Source: Heterodontus francisci
Lineage: Eukaryota
Direction: 5' to 3'
DNA length: 64,000 nt
NCBI RefSeq assembly: GCF_036365525.1
Contig: NW_027141336.1
Span: 1 to 64,000, forward strand
In this document: positions 24,001-36,429 of the stretch, one piece after another
How the letters are laid out: each line of letters opens with the position of its first letter
Position numbering within the stretch: the first letter of the stretch is position 1
Translations under genes and position numbers: made by a program
The notes under the pieces: generated by a model
The model's input: the letters and a program-made list of their open reading frames with translations, nothing else
What the model was told of the DNA's origin: nothing
The model's database searches: none

Positions 24001-24875
24001 GGATGGCACAGTGTTCAGTACCGTGTGCCACTCCTCAGATACTGAAGCAGTCCATGCCCACCTGTAGCAAGATCTGGACAACATTTAACCTTCAGGCTTA
24101 TGCTGATAAGTGGTAAGTAATATTCATGCCACACAATGCCAGGCAATGACCATCTCCAACAAGAGAGAATCTAACCATCTCCCTTTGACATTCAACAACA
24201 TTACCGTCACTGAAATACCACGTTCAACATTTGGAGGAAGGCAGTGGGGTTTACCATTGACCAGAAAATTAGCTTAAGCAGCTATATACTGTACCGACAA
24301 GAGCAGGTCAGCATCTGGGAATTCTGATGTGAGTAATTCCCCAAATTCTGCTCAATATTTGGAAAGCTTAAGTCAGGTGTGTGATGAAATACTCTCCACT
24401 TGCCTGGATGAGTGCAGCTCCAACAACATTCAAGAAGCTCGACACCATCCAGGAAAAATCAACCTCTTGATCTGCACCCATCCACCACCAGTGCACAGTG
24501 TAGCAGTGTGTACCATCTACAAGATCCATTGCAACAACTTACCAAGCCTCCTTCAACAGCATTCTCCAAATCCTCAACCTTTACCACCTACAAGGACAAG
24601 GACAGCAGACATATGGGAACACCATCACCTGTAAATTCCCCTCCAAGTCACACATCATGCGACTTGAAAGTATATCACTGTTCTTTCACTGTCGCTGGGA
24701 CAAAATCCTGGTTTCCCTCCCTAACAGCACTGTGGGTGTACCTACACCACACGGGCAGCAGCGGTTCAAGAAGGCAGCTCATTACTACCTTCTCATGGGC
24801 AATAAGGGATGGGAAATAAATGCTGTGGCCTTGCCAGTGACTGTCACACCTCATGAATGAATTTAAAAAAAAACA
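21095..24875 (+). mobile_element. Near full-length CR1-superfamily (Zenon-like) LINE with tRNA-like 5' head, degenerate
   Basis: APE domain (PDIVILTESYL, GDFNVHH), RT remnant and an (atga)-A tail at ~24855-24872; homologous to the copies at 28020 and 40960. Confidence 0.8.
22763..23410 (+). mobile_element. CR1 3' fragment nested in the Zenon-like LINE
   Basis: ORF 22776..23330 reads LVRPQLEYCVQFWSPHYRKD; CR1 tail; the host LINE resumes after 23410. Confidence 0.85.
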
Positions 24876-24951
24876 GATCCTTCAATGGCCTTCAACTGGA
24901 ACTTTATAACTGGTGCTTACTGTACAATCTTAATGCAGTGTCTGTCTCTCT

Positions 24952-25155
24952 TGTTCTATTGCAGAAAACCAACTGATGAAGGATGATATGGGACCCAAAC
25001 TTTACTCAGTCTTTACAGTGTGAAACATTACAAGCATATACCTCCTAACTTGACCACACAGTTTCAGTAAGTGTCACTTTATATGTGCTAAAATAAAACT
25101 CCAATTAATGCCCTTCACCTGCATATAAATAAACACAATTGATATACAATTAACA
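24952..25155 (-). repeat. 3' LTR of the Copia element
   Basis: Direct repeat of 34348-34558; ends tgtt...aaca. Confidence 0.85.
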
Positions 25156-25175
25156 GATTCCCTTCTTTCTTTTTA
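25156..25175 (-). promoter_or_regulatory. Polypurine tract
   Basis: The minus strand reads aaaaagaaagaagggaatc immediately before the 3' LTR. Confidence 0.8.
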
Positions 25176-26002
25176 AATAAATCTTAAGAGTTAATATGCA
25201 CAAATAACATTTCAAAAGAAAATCAGAAACAATTTCCATATTCAGTACAGAGCGTTATATTGCCAGATGCTCCTCCTCGAGGACATGGAGAGTCAAAGAG
25301 AGAGAGAGAGAGATACAGCACCGAAACAGGCCCTTCGGCCCAAAGACCCCTAACAAGTTCTTTGTACAAGCATTTCTTTTTGTAAAACAATTCAGATTGT
25401 TGGTGACTTGCAGCTACCCATTTAATTTTAGAGATTTCATTTCTCTCCAACATTTGTTTTAAGCCAGTAAAGTCAATCCATATCCTTTTCTCACTCACAT
25501 GTTTCATAGAGTGTACATTATCCCAAAAGGAACGATTATCTACATGGCATTCAATGGGTAGACTATCTCCCAGTATGTCCATTGTATAGAATCCTACTTA
25601 AAATGTTTGTCAAATAGAATCCCACTGCCTCACAAAAGCCAGTGTTTCTGCACTAAAGTACTTTTAATAGGCCTGCTTTATTTTCTTAGCCTCCCTAACT
25701 AAAGGACAACATTTCCCATTTTCACCCATTAGAAATAACATGAAACCAGCTGCACTCTAATACCTATCAGGAAGATTAGCAGGTGAAGCCTCACTAAAAA
25801 TAACTATTGCATGTTCTTTGGGTCACCTAAGTTGGGAACTTAAGTACACATTTCTCCAGATTTATTTTTTCAACATTTTATTTGCCCTTCAAACCTTTTT
25901 GACTTTATGGTGTTTCATCATAGAACTTAACACCAACATATCAAAACTAGAATCTGGTCTAGTCTGAGTGCACAACCAGTTCAAGTGACCGATCAAGCTT
26001 TG

Positions 26003-27508
26003 CATGGATGATGTTGCCGTCTTCTGCTCAGATCCGCTGTCAGTTCGCACACTGATGAGCATCTGTGACCACTTTGAACTGGCCTCTAGAGCCAAAGTAA
26101 ATTGTGGCAAGAAAGAGGCCAAGTTCTTTGGGAATTGTGCCAATCGATCCTTTGTCTCCTTCACTGTCAGGTCAGACTGTCTGAAGGTGCTGGGGATATG
26201 GCTCGGAGGGACTGGGGCTGGGGACAAAAACCGGAAGGAGTGAGTAGCCATGGGGAAACAGAAACTGGTCATGTGGGAGTGGCACTCCCTCTATATTGTG
26301 GCTAAGAACCTGGTCATCAGGTGTGAGGCGCTCTCAGTGTTGCTGTACATGGCACAGGACGGCCCATATCCACTTCTGCGTCATGGCGGTCACCAGAGCT
26401 TTCTTCTACTTTACCTGGAGATTGAAAATGGACCACGTCCGCAGGGACATGATGTTCAAACCTCTAGATAAAGGGGGGGAGGGGAAACGTACCCAACATC
26501 ACCCCATCACCCTCATCCTGATGGCCACCTTTGTCTGTGGCTGCATCAAGCTGTGCGTAGACCTCGGGTATGCAGACACAAGCTGTCACTATGTGCTGTT
26601 GATCTGTCTGTCCTCAGTATTGTGAAGGATGGGTCTGGCTACGTTACCGTGGAACGCTCCATTCAGTTGGACTGTCCAGTACCACCTCTCCCTTGTGGAA
26701 ATGTTTGTACTGAAAAACATCTTTGACCAGAAGTCCATCAGGCATTGGTCCGCACAGAACGTCCTCAAGGCCCTGCGGGAAAAGGAGATGGTGGATCCTG
26801 TCGGATGGTTCCCCGAGCAGACTGTCAGAGTCATTTGGCAGAATGCCTCATTGCCAGAACATTCAAACAAGCACCAAGACATAGCTTGGCTGGCGGTGAC
26901 AAGGGCCCTCCCCATCAGATCCTTCCTGCATAGCCAGAGTCTCACCGCCTCTGCACACTGCCCTCGAGGTGGCTGTGGTGGGGGAGAGACTGTCACCCAC
27001 CTCCTTCTGGAATGTGCATTTGCAAGGCAGGTCTGCAAAGAGATGCAGTGGATTTTGTCGAGGTTCATCCCGAGCAGCTCCATAATGCAGGACTCTGTGC
27101 TCTATAGGCTGTTACCAGGGACGCACACTGAGATAATCATCAACCAGATGAAAGACTCACTTTGATCTGCCCAAAACATGCTGGTCTTCCAGTGCAAAGA
27201 GTTGTCCACAACCAAGTGTTGCAGACTGGCACATTCCAAGGTATAGAACTACATGTTGAGGGATGCATTAAAGCTTGGGGCAGCAAAGGCTCAATGGGGA
27301 AAGACCACTATGTAAGGTCCTACTGTCAAAGTGTAACAAGGGTGGAACCCATGTAAAACCCCTCGGGCTGTATGGCAAGAGTTGTGAGGCACCTCCTGGA
27401 CCGCATTGAAAGAAACTGAACTTTATTGCACTTGATGAAATATACAATTTGAATTTTGCAGTATACTTTTAAAAATTTTATAAATAAAGCATATCTTTGG
27501 GAAAAAAA
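26003..27508 (+). mobile_element. Tx1/L1-clade LINE, 5'-truncated, nested in the Copia RT region
   Basis: MDDVAVF (YMDD-like) motif; C-terminal CPRGGCGGGETVTHLLLEC zinc knuckle; AATAAA and A-tail; imperfect TSD atc(a)agctttg. Confidence 0.85.
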
Positions 27509-28019
27509 TCAGCTTTGAAATTGTTCTGTCTCTTCTTCAGATATAACATCATCTTTCTCTGATGACCAATTAACCAGGATGGGAGTAACACCTCTCTATT
27601 AGGATTGTGATTAAAGTTACTTCAGATCTACTTTGCTTCATATCTAAACCAATATATTTAAAAGTCCCACTGGTCTGACTCCCAATTTTAAATTCTAATC
27701 TAATCTGAGAAAGAACACATTTCTCAAATTCTCCAATACCACCCCATAAGAAATCACTAACACGTATCATGAAGATTCCTGAAAGTGTTCCTTTAGGATA
27801 CAAATAAAACATTGCGGATCTACTTTTAGTTGAACAGAAGCTATTTTCAGCAAAACAGATCTCACTGAAAGATACCACACCCTGGAAGCATCATTCAGGC
27901 CATTGATGCATTTGTTTAGTTTCCATAGTTTTCCTTCTGTATCTGCTGCCTCTAGTCAGTTTCAGAAACATTTCACGCTGAAAAGTTGGCAGCCACTAAC
28001 ACTTGATGGTCATGAGGGT

Positions 28020-30770
28020 TTCTTTTTTTTTATTCATTCATGGGATGTGGGCGACGCTGGCCAGGCCAGCATTTATTGCCCATCCCTAATTGCCCTTGAG
28101 AAGGTGGTGATGAGCTGCCTTCTTCAACCGCTGCAGTCCATGTGGGGTAGGTACACCCACTGAAAGGAAGCGAGTTCCAGGATTTTGGCCCAGCGATAGT
28201 GAAGGAACGGCGATATAGTTCCAAGTCAGGATGGTGTGTGACTTGGACGCGAACTTGCAGGTGGTGATGTTCCTATGTATGTGCTGCCCTTGTCCTTCTA
28301 GGTGGTAGAGGTCGCGGGTTTGGAAGGTGCTGTCCAAGGAGCCTTGGTGCATTGCTGCAGTGCATCTTCTAGAATGTACACACTGCTGCCACTGTGCGTC
28401 GGTGGTGGAGGGAGTGAATGTTTGTAGATGGGGTGCCAATCAAGCGGGCTGCTTTGTCCTGGATGGTGTCGAGCTTCTTCAGTGTTGTTGGAGCTGCACC
28501 CATCCAGACAAGTGGAGAGTATTCCATCATACTCCTGACTTGTGCCTTGTAGATGGTGGACAGGCTTTGGGGAGTCAGGAGGAGAGTTACTCGCGAATGT
28601 TACTTGCCACTTATCAGCCCAAGCCTGGATATTGTCCAGGTCTTGCTGCATTTCTACACAGACTGCTTCAGTATCTGAGGAGTCACAAATGGTGCTGAAC
28701 ATTGTGTAATCATCAGCGAACATCCCCACTTCTGACCTTATGATTGAAGGAAGATCATTGATGAAGCAGCTAAAGATGGTTGGGCCTAGGAGACTACCCT
28801 GAGGAACTCCAGCAGTGATGTCCTGGAGCTCAGATGATTGACCTCCAACAACCACAACCATCTTCCTTTGCCCTAGGTATGACTCCAACCAGCGGAGGGT
28901 TTTCCCCCTGATTCCCATTGACCTCAGTTTTGCTCGGGCTCCTTGATGCCATACTCGGTCAAATGCTGCCTTGATGTCAAGGGCAGTCACTCTCACCTCA
29001 CCTTTTGAGTTCAGCTCTTTTGTCCATGTTTGAACCAAGGCTCTAATGAGGTCAGGAGCTGAGTAGCCCTGGCGCAACCCAAATTGAGCGTCACTGGACA
29101 GGTTATTGCTTAGCAAGTGCCGCTTGATGGCACTGTTGATGACCCCTTCCATCACATTACTGATGATAGAGAGTAGGCTGATGGGGCAGTAATTGGCCGG
29201 GTTGGATTTGTCCTGTTTTTTGTGTACAGGACATACCTGGGCAATTTTCCACATTGCAGGGTAGATGCCAGTGTTGTAGCTGTACTGGAACAGCTTGGCT
29301 AGGGCGCGCGGCAAGTTCTGGAGCACAGATCTTCAGTACTATTGCCGGAATTTTATCAGGGCCGTAGCTTTTGCAGTATCCAGTGTCTTCAGTCTTTTCT
29401 TGATATCACGCGGAGTGAATCGAATTGGCTGAAATCAGGCATCTGTGATGCTGGGGACTTCAGGAAGAGGCCGAGATGGATCATCGGCACTTCTGGCTGA
29501 AGATTGTTGCAAATGCTTCAGCCTTATCTTTCGCACTGATGTGCTGGGCTCCCCCAACATTGAGGATGGGGATATTTAAGAGCCACCTCCTCCAGTTAGT
29601 TGTTTAATTGTCCACCACCATTCACAGCTGGATGTAGCAGGACTGCAGAGCTTAGATCTGATACGTTGGTTATGGGATCACTTAGCTCTGTCTATCGCAT
29701 GCTGCTTACACAGTTTGGCACGCAGAGAGTCCTGTGTTGTAGCTTCACCAGGTTGACACCTCATTTTGAGGTATGCCTGGTGCTGCTCCTGGCATGCCCT
29801 CCTGCACTCTTCATTGAACCAGGGTTGGTCTTCTGGCTTGATGGTCATGGTAGAGTGGGGGATATGCCGGGCCATGAGGTTACAGATTGTGGTTGAGTAC
29901 AATTCTGCTGCTGCTGATGGCCCACAGCGCCTCATGGATGCCCAGTTTTGCATTGCTAGATCTGTTCAAAATCTATCCCATTTAGCACGGTGATAGTGCC
30001 ACACAACACGATGGACAGTATCCTCAATGTGAAGGCGGGACCTCACCTCCACAAGGACTGTGAGGTGGTCACTCCTACCAATACAGTCATGGACAGAAGC
30101 ATTTGCAGCAGGCAGATTGGTGAGGACGAGGTCAAGTAGGTTTTTCCCTTGTGTTGGTTCCCCCACCACCTGCCACAGACCCAGTCTAGCAGCTATGTCC
30201 TTTAGGACTCGGCCAGCTCGGTCAGTAGTGGTGCTACCGAGCCACGCTTGGTGATGAACATTGAAGTCCCCCACCCAGAGTACATTCTGTGCCCTTGCCA
30301 CCCTCAGTGATTCCTCCAAGTGGTGTTCAACATGGTGTAGTACTGAGTCATCAGCTGAGGGAGGGCGGTAGGTGGTAATCAGTAGGAGGTTACCTTGCCC
30401 ATGTTTGACCTGATGCCATGAGACTTCATGGGGTCCGGATTCAATGTTGAGGACTCCCAGGGCAACTCCCTCCCAACTGTATACCACTGTGCCACCACCT
30501 CTGATGGGTCTGTCCTGAAGTGGGACAGGACATACCCAGGGATAGTGATTGCAGTGTCTGGGACATTATCTGTAAGGTATGATTCCGTGAGTATGACTAT
30601 GCCAGGCAGTTGCTTGACTAGTTTGTGGGACAGCTCTCCCAACTTTGGCACATGCCCCCAGATGTTAGTAAGGAGGACTTTGCAGGGTCGACAGGGTTGG
30701 GTTTGCTGTTGTCATTTCTGGTGCCTAGGTCGATGCCGGGTGGTCCGTCTGGTTTCATTCCTTTTTCTGC
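28020..30770 (-). mobile_element. CR1-superfamily (Zenon-like) LINE nested in the Copia element
   Basis: ORF 28298..29326 has ALDIKAAFDRVWH, AGVPQGSLLGP, FADD; APE ORFs at 29966-30651. Confidence 0.9.
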
Positions 30771-31132
30771 TTCTGGTTCTGCTCAAGACTGTTCTGTAGC
30801 CCTCATTTCATTGTGTAATCTATTCAAGATATAGCTTGTACTTGCACGTTGATGTTTTTTGGGACTATTGCTGTGAGATCTCTATCTCACACTATAGCAT
30901 GCTCCTTCTCTGGTATATGACTGTTTTCTGACTAGAGTCACCTTTGAACCCATTTAGAACTTGCACTGCGCTTTCTTACTCTCCATTCATTCACCCAATT
31001 CTGCCAGTCCATGGACCTCACTTCTTGACCACCATCCTGAACATTCAACCAATATTTAAACTTGGCCGTAGCTTTTCCTGCATGCCCCCCAATTGTCACA
31101 TCCCTTCATTTTCCAGACCCCTCTGGAATATA

Positions 31133-31227
31133 AACATGAGAAACACTGGAAATACTCAGCAGGTCTGGCAGCATCTGTGGAGAGAGAAGTAGAGTTAACG
31201 TTTCAGGTCAGTGACCTTTCTTCAGAA
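31133..31227 (-). mobile_element. ~95-bp hammerhead-headed mini-element with 13-bp TSD
   Basis: TSD cctctggaatata at 31120-31132 and 31228-31240. Confidence 0.8.
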
Positions 31228-31230
31228 CCT
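31191..31230 (-). ncRNA. Minimal type I hammerhead ribozyme motif
   Basis: Minus strand: GTT-CTGAAGA-A-AGGTC-act-GACCT-GAAAC-GTT-AAC. Confidence 0.65.
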
Positions 31231-31949
31231 CTGGAATATACATCACTCATGGACCCACTGTGGACAATTGGTCTTTGGATGTAATAGCTCTGTCCTGTGT
31301 TTCATGATCACTCATGTTACCAGTATCCGCCCTTGATCACTGTATTTTGTTCCTCAGGACCTTCTCACAAAACACATGAGCATTTGAGGTACAAGGTGCC
31401 TTGTTTCCTTCTATCAGCTGCTCAGATTCTGAGATTTTGTAATCAACTCTGACTAATCATGAAGAATGAAGCTTAACAGTTTGATTGAAATGTTTGATAA
31501 GTAGTGTCTTCCCATCATGATCTATTACATTACCAGGGCATTTCCATTTCCTATGACCCTCTCTTTCATAATACACCAAACCTCCTGAATTAAATTCTGT
31601 TTAAAATGGCCTTACTTGATGCCTCACAGCTCTTCAAATTTTCTCAGAGAACTCAGTCTTGATGAAAGCCCGTCTCCCTGCATGTAAAGAAGTCAAGTGT
31701 GCAGCAAAAATGGAACTAACTGTAGTACCTTCTCGTGCTGGAGGACTATCGCACAGCACAGAAAGCAATTTTAGATTTCGCCCATAGACCAATTGAGAGG
31801 GACTATATCCCCCAACCATCTGACACGGATTCTTTGCATGAACTGCCCATGCCAGAGCAGTTGCCAACTTGCAGTTTGCTTGATCATCTGGATTTTAAGC
31901 AGCATTTCATTGATTGCCGTGTGATTCCTTTCACAGAGTCCATTGCTGA

Positions 31950-32265
31950 AAGGATATACGAACATACAAATTAGGAGCAGGAGTAGGCCACCTGGCTCCT
32001 TGAGCCTATTCCGCCATTCAATAAGATCATGGCTGATCTGATTGTAAGCTCAACTCCACATTCCCACCTTCCCCCAATAACCTTTCCCCCCTTGCTTATC
32101 AAGAATCTATCTACCTCTGCCTTAAAAATATTAAAAGACTCTGCTTCCATCGCTTTTTGAGGAGGAGAATTCCAAAGACTCACAACCCTCTGAGAGAAAA
32201 AAAAATTCTCATCTTTGTCTTAAATGGGTGACCCCTTATTTTAAAACAGTGACCCCTAGTTCTAG
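31950..32265 (-). mobile_element. CR1 3' end fragment nested in the Copia integrase
   Basis: ORF 31971..32183 reads LWNSPPQKAMEAESFNIFKAEVDRFL. Confidence 0.8.
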
Positions 32266-33077
32266 ACTAGGACTTTCAGCAGTCGAATTCATGACCATAA
32301 TGTTTATCTTTTCACACATGTGTCTGAACTCATCATTGGCAAATTCCCCTCCATTATCAGTCAGTGCCCCAAGTCCAGTCCCTATCCATTTCTCCATGAT
32401 TGTATCTATAATCACCCTTTTGTCCTTGCTATGAATTATTATTAAAAGACGGAATCAAATTGTCTGGTCAATAAAATGTAGAATAAAAATATTTCTGTCT
32501 TTGTCCCACACCTTTAGATCCAGGACAACTCCCTTGTTAAAGTCACTTGTCAATGGAAGGCTGGCAATAGGCCGCGGCAGTGTCCTTCGATACTTTTTAC
32601 AGATTTCACAATTCTCACTAATCTCTTCTATTAACCTCATAGAACCTTCATCAACCACACCAGCATCTTTTAACAGGATTTTTAACCATTGACAAGTGGA
32701 GTGTGTAAATTGTCTATGCAACTTTAAGACAATTTGTTTGTTTTCCTCTCTGATTCTTATCACCTGATGCCATTAATTCTTGTCTTACACTCTGATGTGA
32801 AACATTAGGTTGTGTTAGGGGGATACAATAATGTCCTGATTGGATAAACTCCAGATCCACTGCCTTGTTATGTTCCGTGTCAAGTTTCATTTGTGCTTTA
32901 TTCAGCAGCAGAGGTATGTCACTGGAGATTGTATCAGGACTGATAAAGTGGCTTACTCCAGCCGGAAACTCCATCGATCAAACATGATGGACACGGAGCA
33001 AACAATCTATTTAGGTGGAGTGTCTTCTTTTGGTGCACCTTTGCTGATGGCTGTGAAGGCCAATCCTTGAGAGGCAG

Positions 33078-33232
33078 AGCCTACATGTGACGCACAGGAA
33101 TGTGATTGACTCTTAAAATGCCCTCTGAAATGGCCTCGAAAGCCATTCAGTTCAAGGGCAATTAGGGACTGGCAACAAATGCTGGCCTTGCCAGTGATGC
33201 CCACATCCCATGAATGAATAAAAAAAAAAAAT
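33078..33232 (+). mobile_element. SINE fragment joining the 5' region and 3' tail of the Zenon-like LINE
   Basis: Matches 21320-21400, then jumps to the LINE tail (aagggcaattaggg...cccatgaatgaataaaa). An antisense body fragment lies at ~33390-33555. Confidence 0.65.
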
Positions 33233-34329
33233 GCCCTTTCGAGGACCCTGCCTCTTTGCTGTGGGCAGTTCATCACATAACAACACTTTGAGTCACACCT
33301 GAAACACTTATTAACTGTTCCTTGGCATTCCTGGGATTCACCTATTATTGCTATTCCAATTCTGTCTTCTGCTGTAGTAGCCAAATCTCATGTGGGTCAC
33401 ATGTAGGCCAGACCAGGTAAGGATGACAGATTTCATTCTGTAGAGGACATATGTGAACCAGATGGGTTTTTTGCAATAATCAATGATAGTTTCATAGCAC
33501 CATTACTGAGACTAGCTCTCAATTCCAGATTTTTTATTCATTAATTGAATGTAAATAGCTTTCATACTCATTCCACCTGTCTGTCATTCTTCCTTTGTCT
33601 GCCTGCATCCAATATCTGGACCATTTCAAATCTGGCAATCATTGAGTTTTCTATTCTTTGTGTCACTGCAAAATATTCCATCTGTTCGACAAAGACTGCA
33701 GCAAATGACTGTTTCCTCTGGATTTTTTTCAAGGCAGCAGACATCTAATCCAACAGGATTCTCTCTGAGAACCAAAAACCATTTCGAACCAGGAGCCTAT
33801 CCATATGCAACCTTAGTATAATCCAGCAATTTAAATGCTAGCACTGAACCAGGGATCTCTAAATTGAATTTCCTCAATCTTTATGCAGTCTGTTAGAATC
33901 CATGGTATATTCTTCCATTGACTAACTATCTGTCTTCTGAAATCTATCAAATTCTGACCATGCCTCATAGGCATTTAATAGATGATATTTCTTGTAGATT
34001 TCATCCAAGAACTCTCATGGAAGATCCAAACCTTCATCAGTATTCAACTGATGAGCACTTCGCTCACAAAATACTTTTCTTCTGATTTTACTTCTTGTAA
34101 GAATTGACAATGTCAAGGCCATACCTTGTTTCCTGTTTGGTAGGGGCATAACCCATGTCCACCAATCCACTTCGTGCTTCCACTGGTTACATGGCTCACT
34201 CTGAGAACATTGGAGGGTAATCAAACCCAGATAATTTACACTCACTTTCTGTCATTTCTCACAATGGCTATTAGGATTGTAGTCTTCTGTCTCATTTTTT
34301 TTCTTGCTTTTCTACCTTCACCTTTAGGC

Positions 34330-34347
34330 AACTATCCTCTGCTACCA
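34330..34347 (-). promoter_or_regulatory. Primer-binding site complementary to initiator tRNA-Met
   Basis: Plus strand aactatcctctgctacca versus the vertebrate tRNA-iMet 3' end AACCATCCTCTGCTACCA (17/18), directly adjacent to the 5' LTR. Confidence 0.9.
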
Positions 34348-34558
34348 TATTATATTCCAGGAAGCCAGTTGGTGAAGGAAAGCACTGGAGCCAATCTTTA
34401 GTCAATCTCACATTTATTTACAGAGTCAAACATTACATGGACACAGCTCCTAACTCAACCACAGTTTCAGTAAGTGTCTCTTTACATGTGCTCAAGTGAA
34501 ATCCTAATTAATGCCCTCCACCTGCATATAATTAAACACAATTCATATGCAATTAACA
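34348..34558 (-). repeat. 5' LTR of the Copia element
   Basis: Direct repeat of 24952-25155; abuts the PBS. Confidence 0.85.
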
Positions 34559-34599
34559 CATAGACAGTAATGAGATAACTAGATAAAACAAAGTTAAAG

Positions 34600-36015
34600 G
34601 ATGTAAAGATAAGCCCAGCAACTACAGGCCAATCAGTTTAACATTGGTGGTGGGGAAACTTATAGAAACAATAATTCAGGACAAAATTAATAGTCACATG
34701 GACAGATGCGGGTTAATTAAGAAAAGCCAGCATGGATCTGTCTCGGGAAAATCATGTTTAACTAACTTGCTGGAGTTTTGGAAGGGGCAACTGAGATGGT
34801 TGATGAGTGCAATGCTGTTGATGTGGTGTACATGGACATCCAAAAGACATTTGATACAGTGACACACAACCGACTTGTGAGCTCAGTCATAGCTCATGGA
34901 ATAAAAGGGACAGTAGCAACATGGATACGAAATTGGCTGAGTGACAGGAAACAGAGAGTAGTGACTAATGGATGTTTTACGGGCTGGAGGAAGGTTTGTA
35001 GTGGAGTTCCCCAGGGGTCAGTGTTAGGGCCTTTGCTCTTCCTAATCTATATTAATGACTTTGACCTTGGTGTACAGGGCACAATTTCAAAATTTGCGGA
35101 TGATACGAAACTTGGAAACATTGTGAACTATGAGGGGGATAGTGTAGAACTTCAAAAGCACATAGACAAGCTGGTGGAATGGGTGGACAAGTGGCAGAAG
35201 AAGTTCAATGCAGAGAAATATGAAATGATTCATTTTGGTAGGAAGAACATGGAGACAATATAAAATAAAGGGTACAATTCTAAAGGGTGGTGCAGGAACA
35301 GAGGGACCTGTGAGTATATGTGCATAAGTCATTGAAGATGGCAGGATAGGTTGAGAGTGCGGTCAATAATGTATGCAGTATCCTAGGTTTTATTAATAGG
35401 TGCATAGAGTACAAGAGCAAGGAGGTTATGTTGAACTTCTATAAGACACTAGTTTGGCCTCAGCTGGAGTATTGCATCCAGTTCTGGGTGCCACATTTAA
35501 GGAAAGACTTGAAGGGATTGGAAAGAATCCAGAAAAGATTCACAAGAATGGTTCCAAGGATAAGAAACTTCATTTACGAGGATAGACTGGAGAAATTTGG
35601 ACTGTTTTCTTTGGAGAAGAGAAAGCTGAGAGGAGTTTTGATAGAGGTATTCAAAATCATGAGGGATCTGGACAGAATAGAGAAGGAGAAATTCATGAAA
35701 GGATCGAGAACGGGAGGGCACAGATTTAAGATAATTGACATAGGAAGCAATGGTGACATGAGGAAAAACCTTTTCACACAGCGAGTGGTTGGGATCTGGA
35801 ATGCACTGCCTGATAGCGTGGTGGAGGCAGGTTCAAACAAGCCATTCAATAGGGAATTAGTCAGTTACCTGAAAATGAAGAATGCACAGGGTTATGGAGA
35901 GAAGGCGGGGGTGGGGGTGGGAACTGCACTAAGCCAATTACTCACTCCGAGAGCTGGTGCAGACATGATGGGCCGAATGGCCTCCTTCTGTGCTGTAACG
36001 ATTCTGTGATTCTGT
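34600..36015 (+). mobile_element. CR1 LINE, 5'-truncated RT and 3' end
   Basis: SGVPQGSVLGPLLFLIYIND...KFADDTK; (gattctgt) tail. Confidence 0.9.
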
Positions 36016-36429
36016 GCGGATCTGCTAACATTCTAATGATGCCAACTGAACTGCTTTTAATGTCATTAAATATTGTTTCTTAATGGTCTACACACGCAAT
36101 CAGTTCATATCCAATACAAACAGCTGTTGGCTAAATCAGTATTAACAGCAGTCACACCATTTCAGACGTTTAACAGACTCAAAGCAGGTTACTTTTTTTT
36201 TTAAAACATCCTTTAAACAGACGAGTTCCTTTCCCTCTAATTCCATTACCTAGTACTCACTGGAAAGTGACATTCTTGGGATTATTTTACAGAACAGTTC
36301 AAACCCAGCCTAGTTTCAGTGTTATTTAACAATGCAAGGGATTTATATATATGGTGGAAGATTTTAGTTCGGCCAACTGACAGAATTTCCATGATTATAA
36401 GAATTAAACCAACAAGAGATTAATATCAA

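Larger units (their letters stand above)
24952..34558 (-). mobile_element. Ty1/Copia LTR retrotransposon, GalEa-like, degenerate, with nested insertions
   Basis: LTRs 24952-25155 and 34348-34558 (TGTT/TATT...AACA). Minus-strand order: gag (QWKHEVDWW..KQGMAL; CFRCDSK..VMNCP), PR (SDIPLLL), IN (KLHRQFTH..CEIC; PFSNGLCERNH), RT (IRVSDFLWGG; LNWLCTQTRPD), RNase H (VSEKRIWID). IN before RT is the Copia order. Confidence 0.9.
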
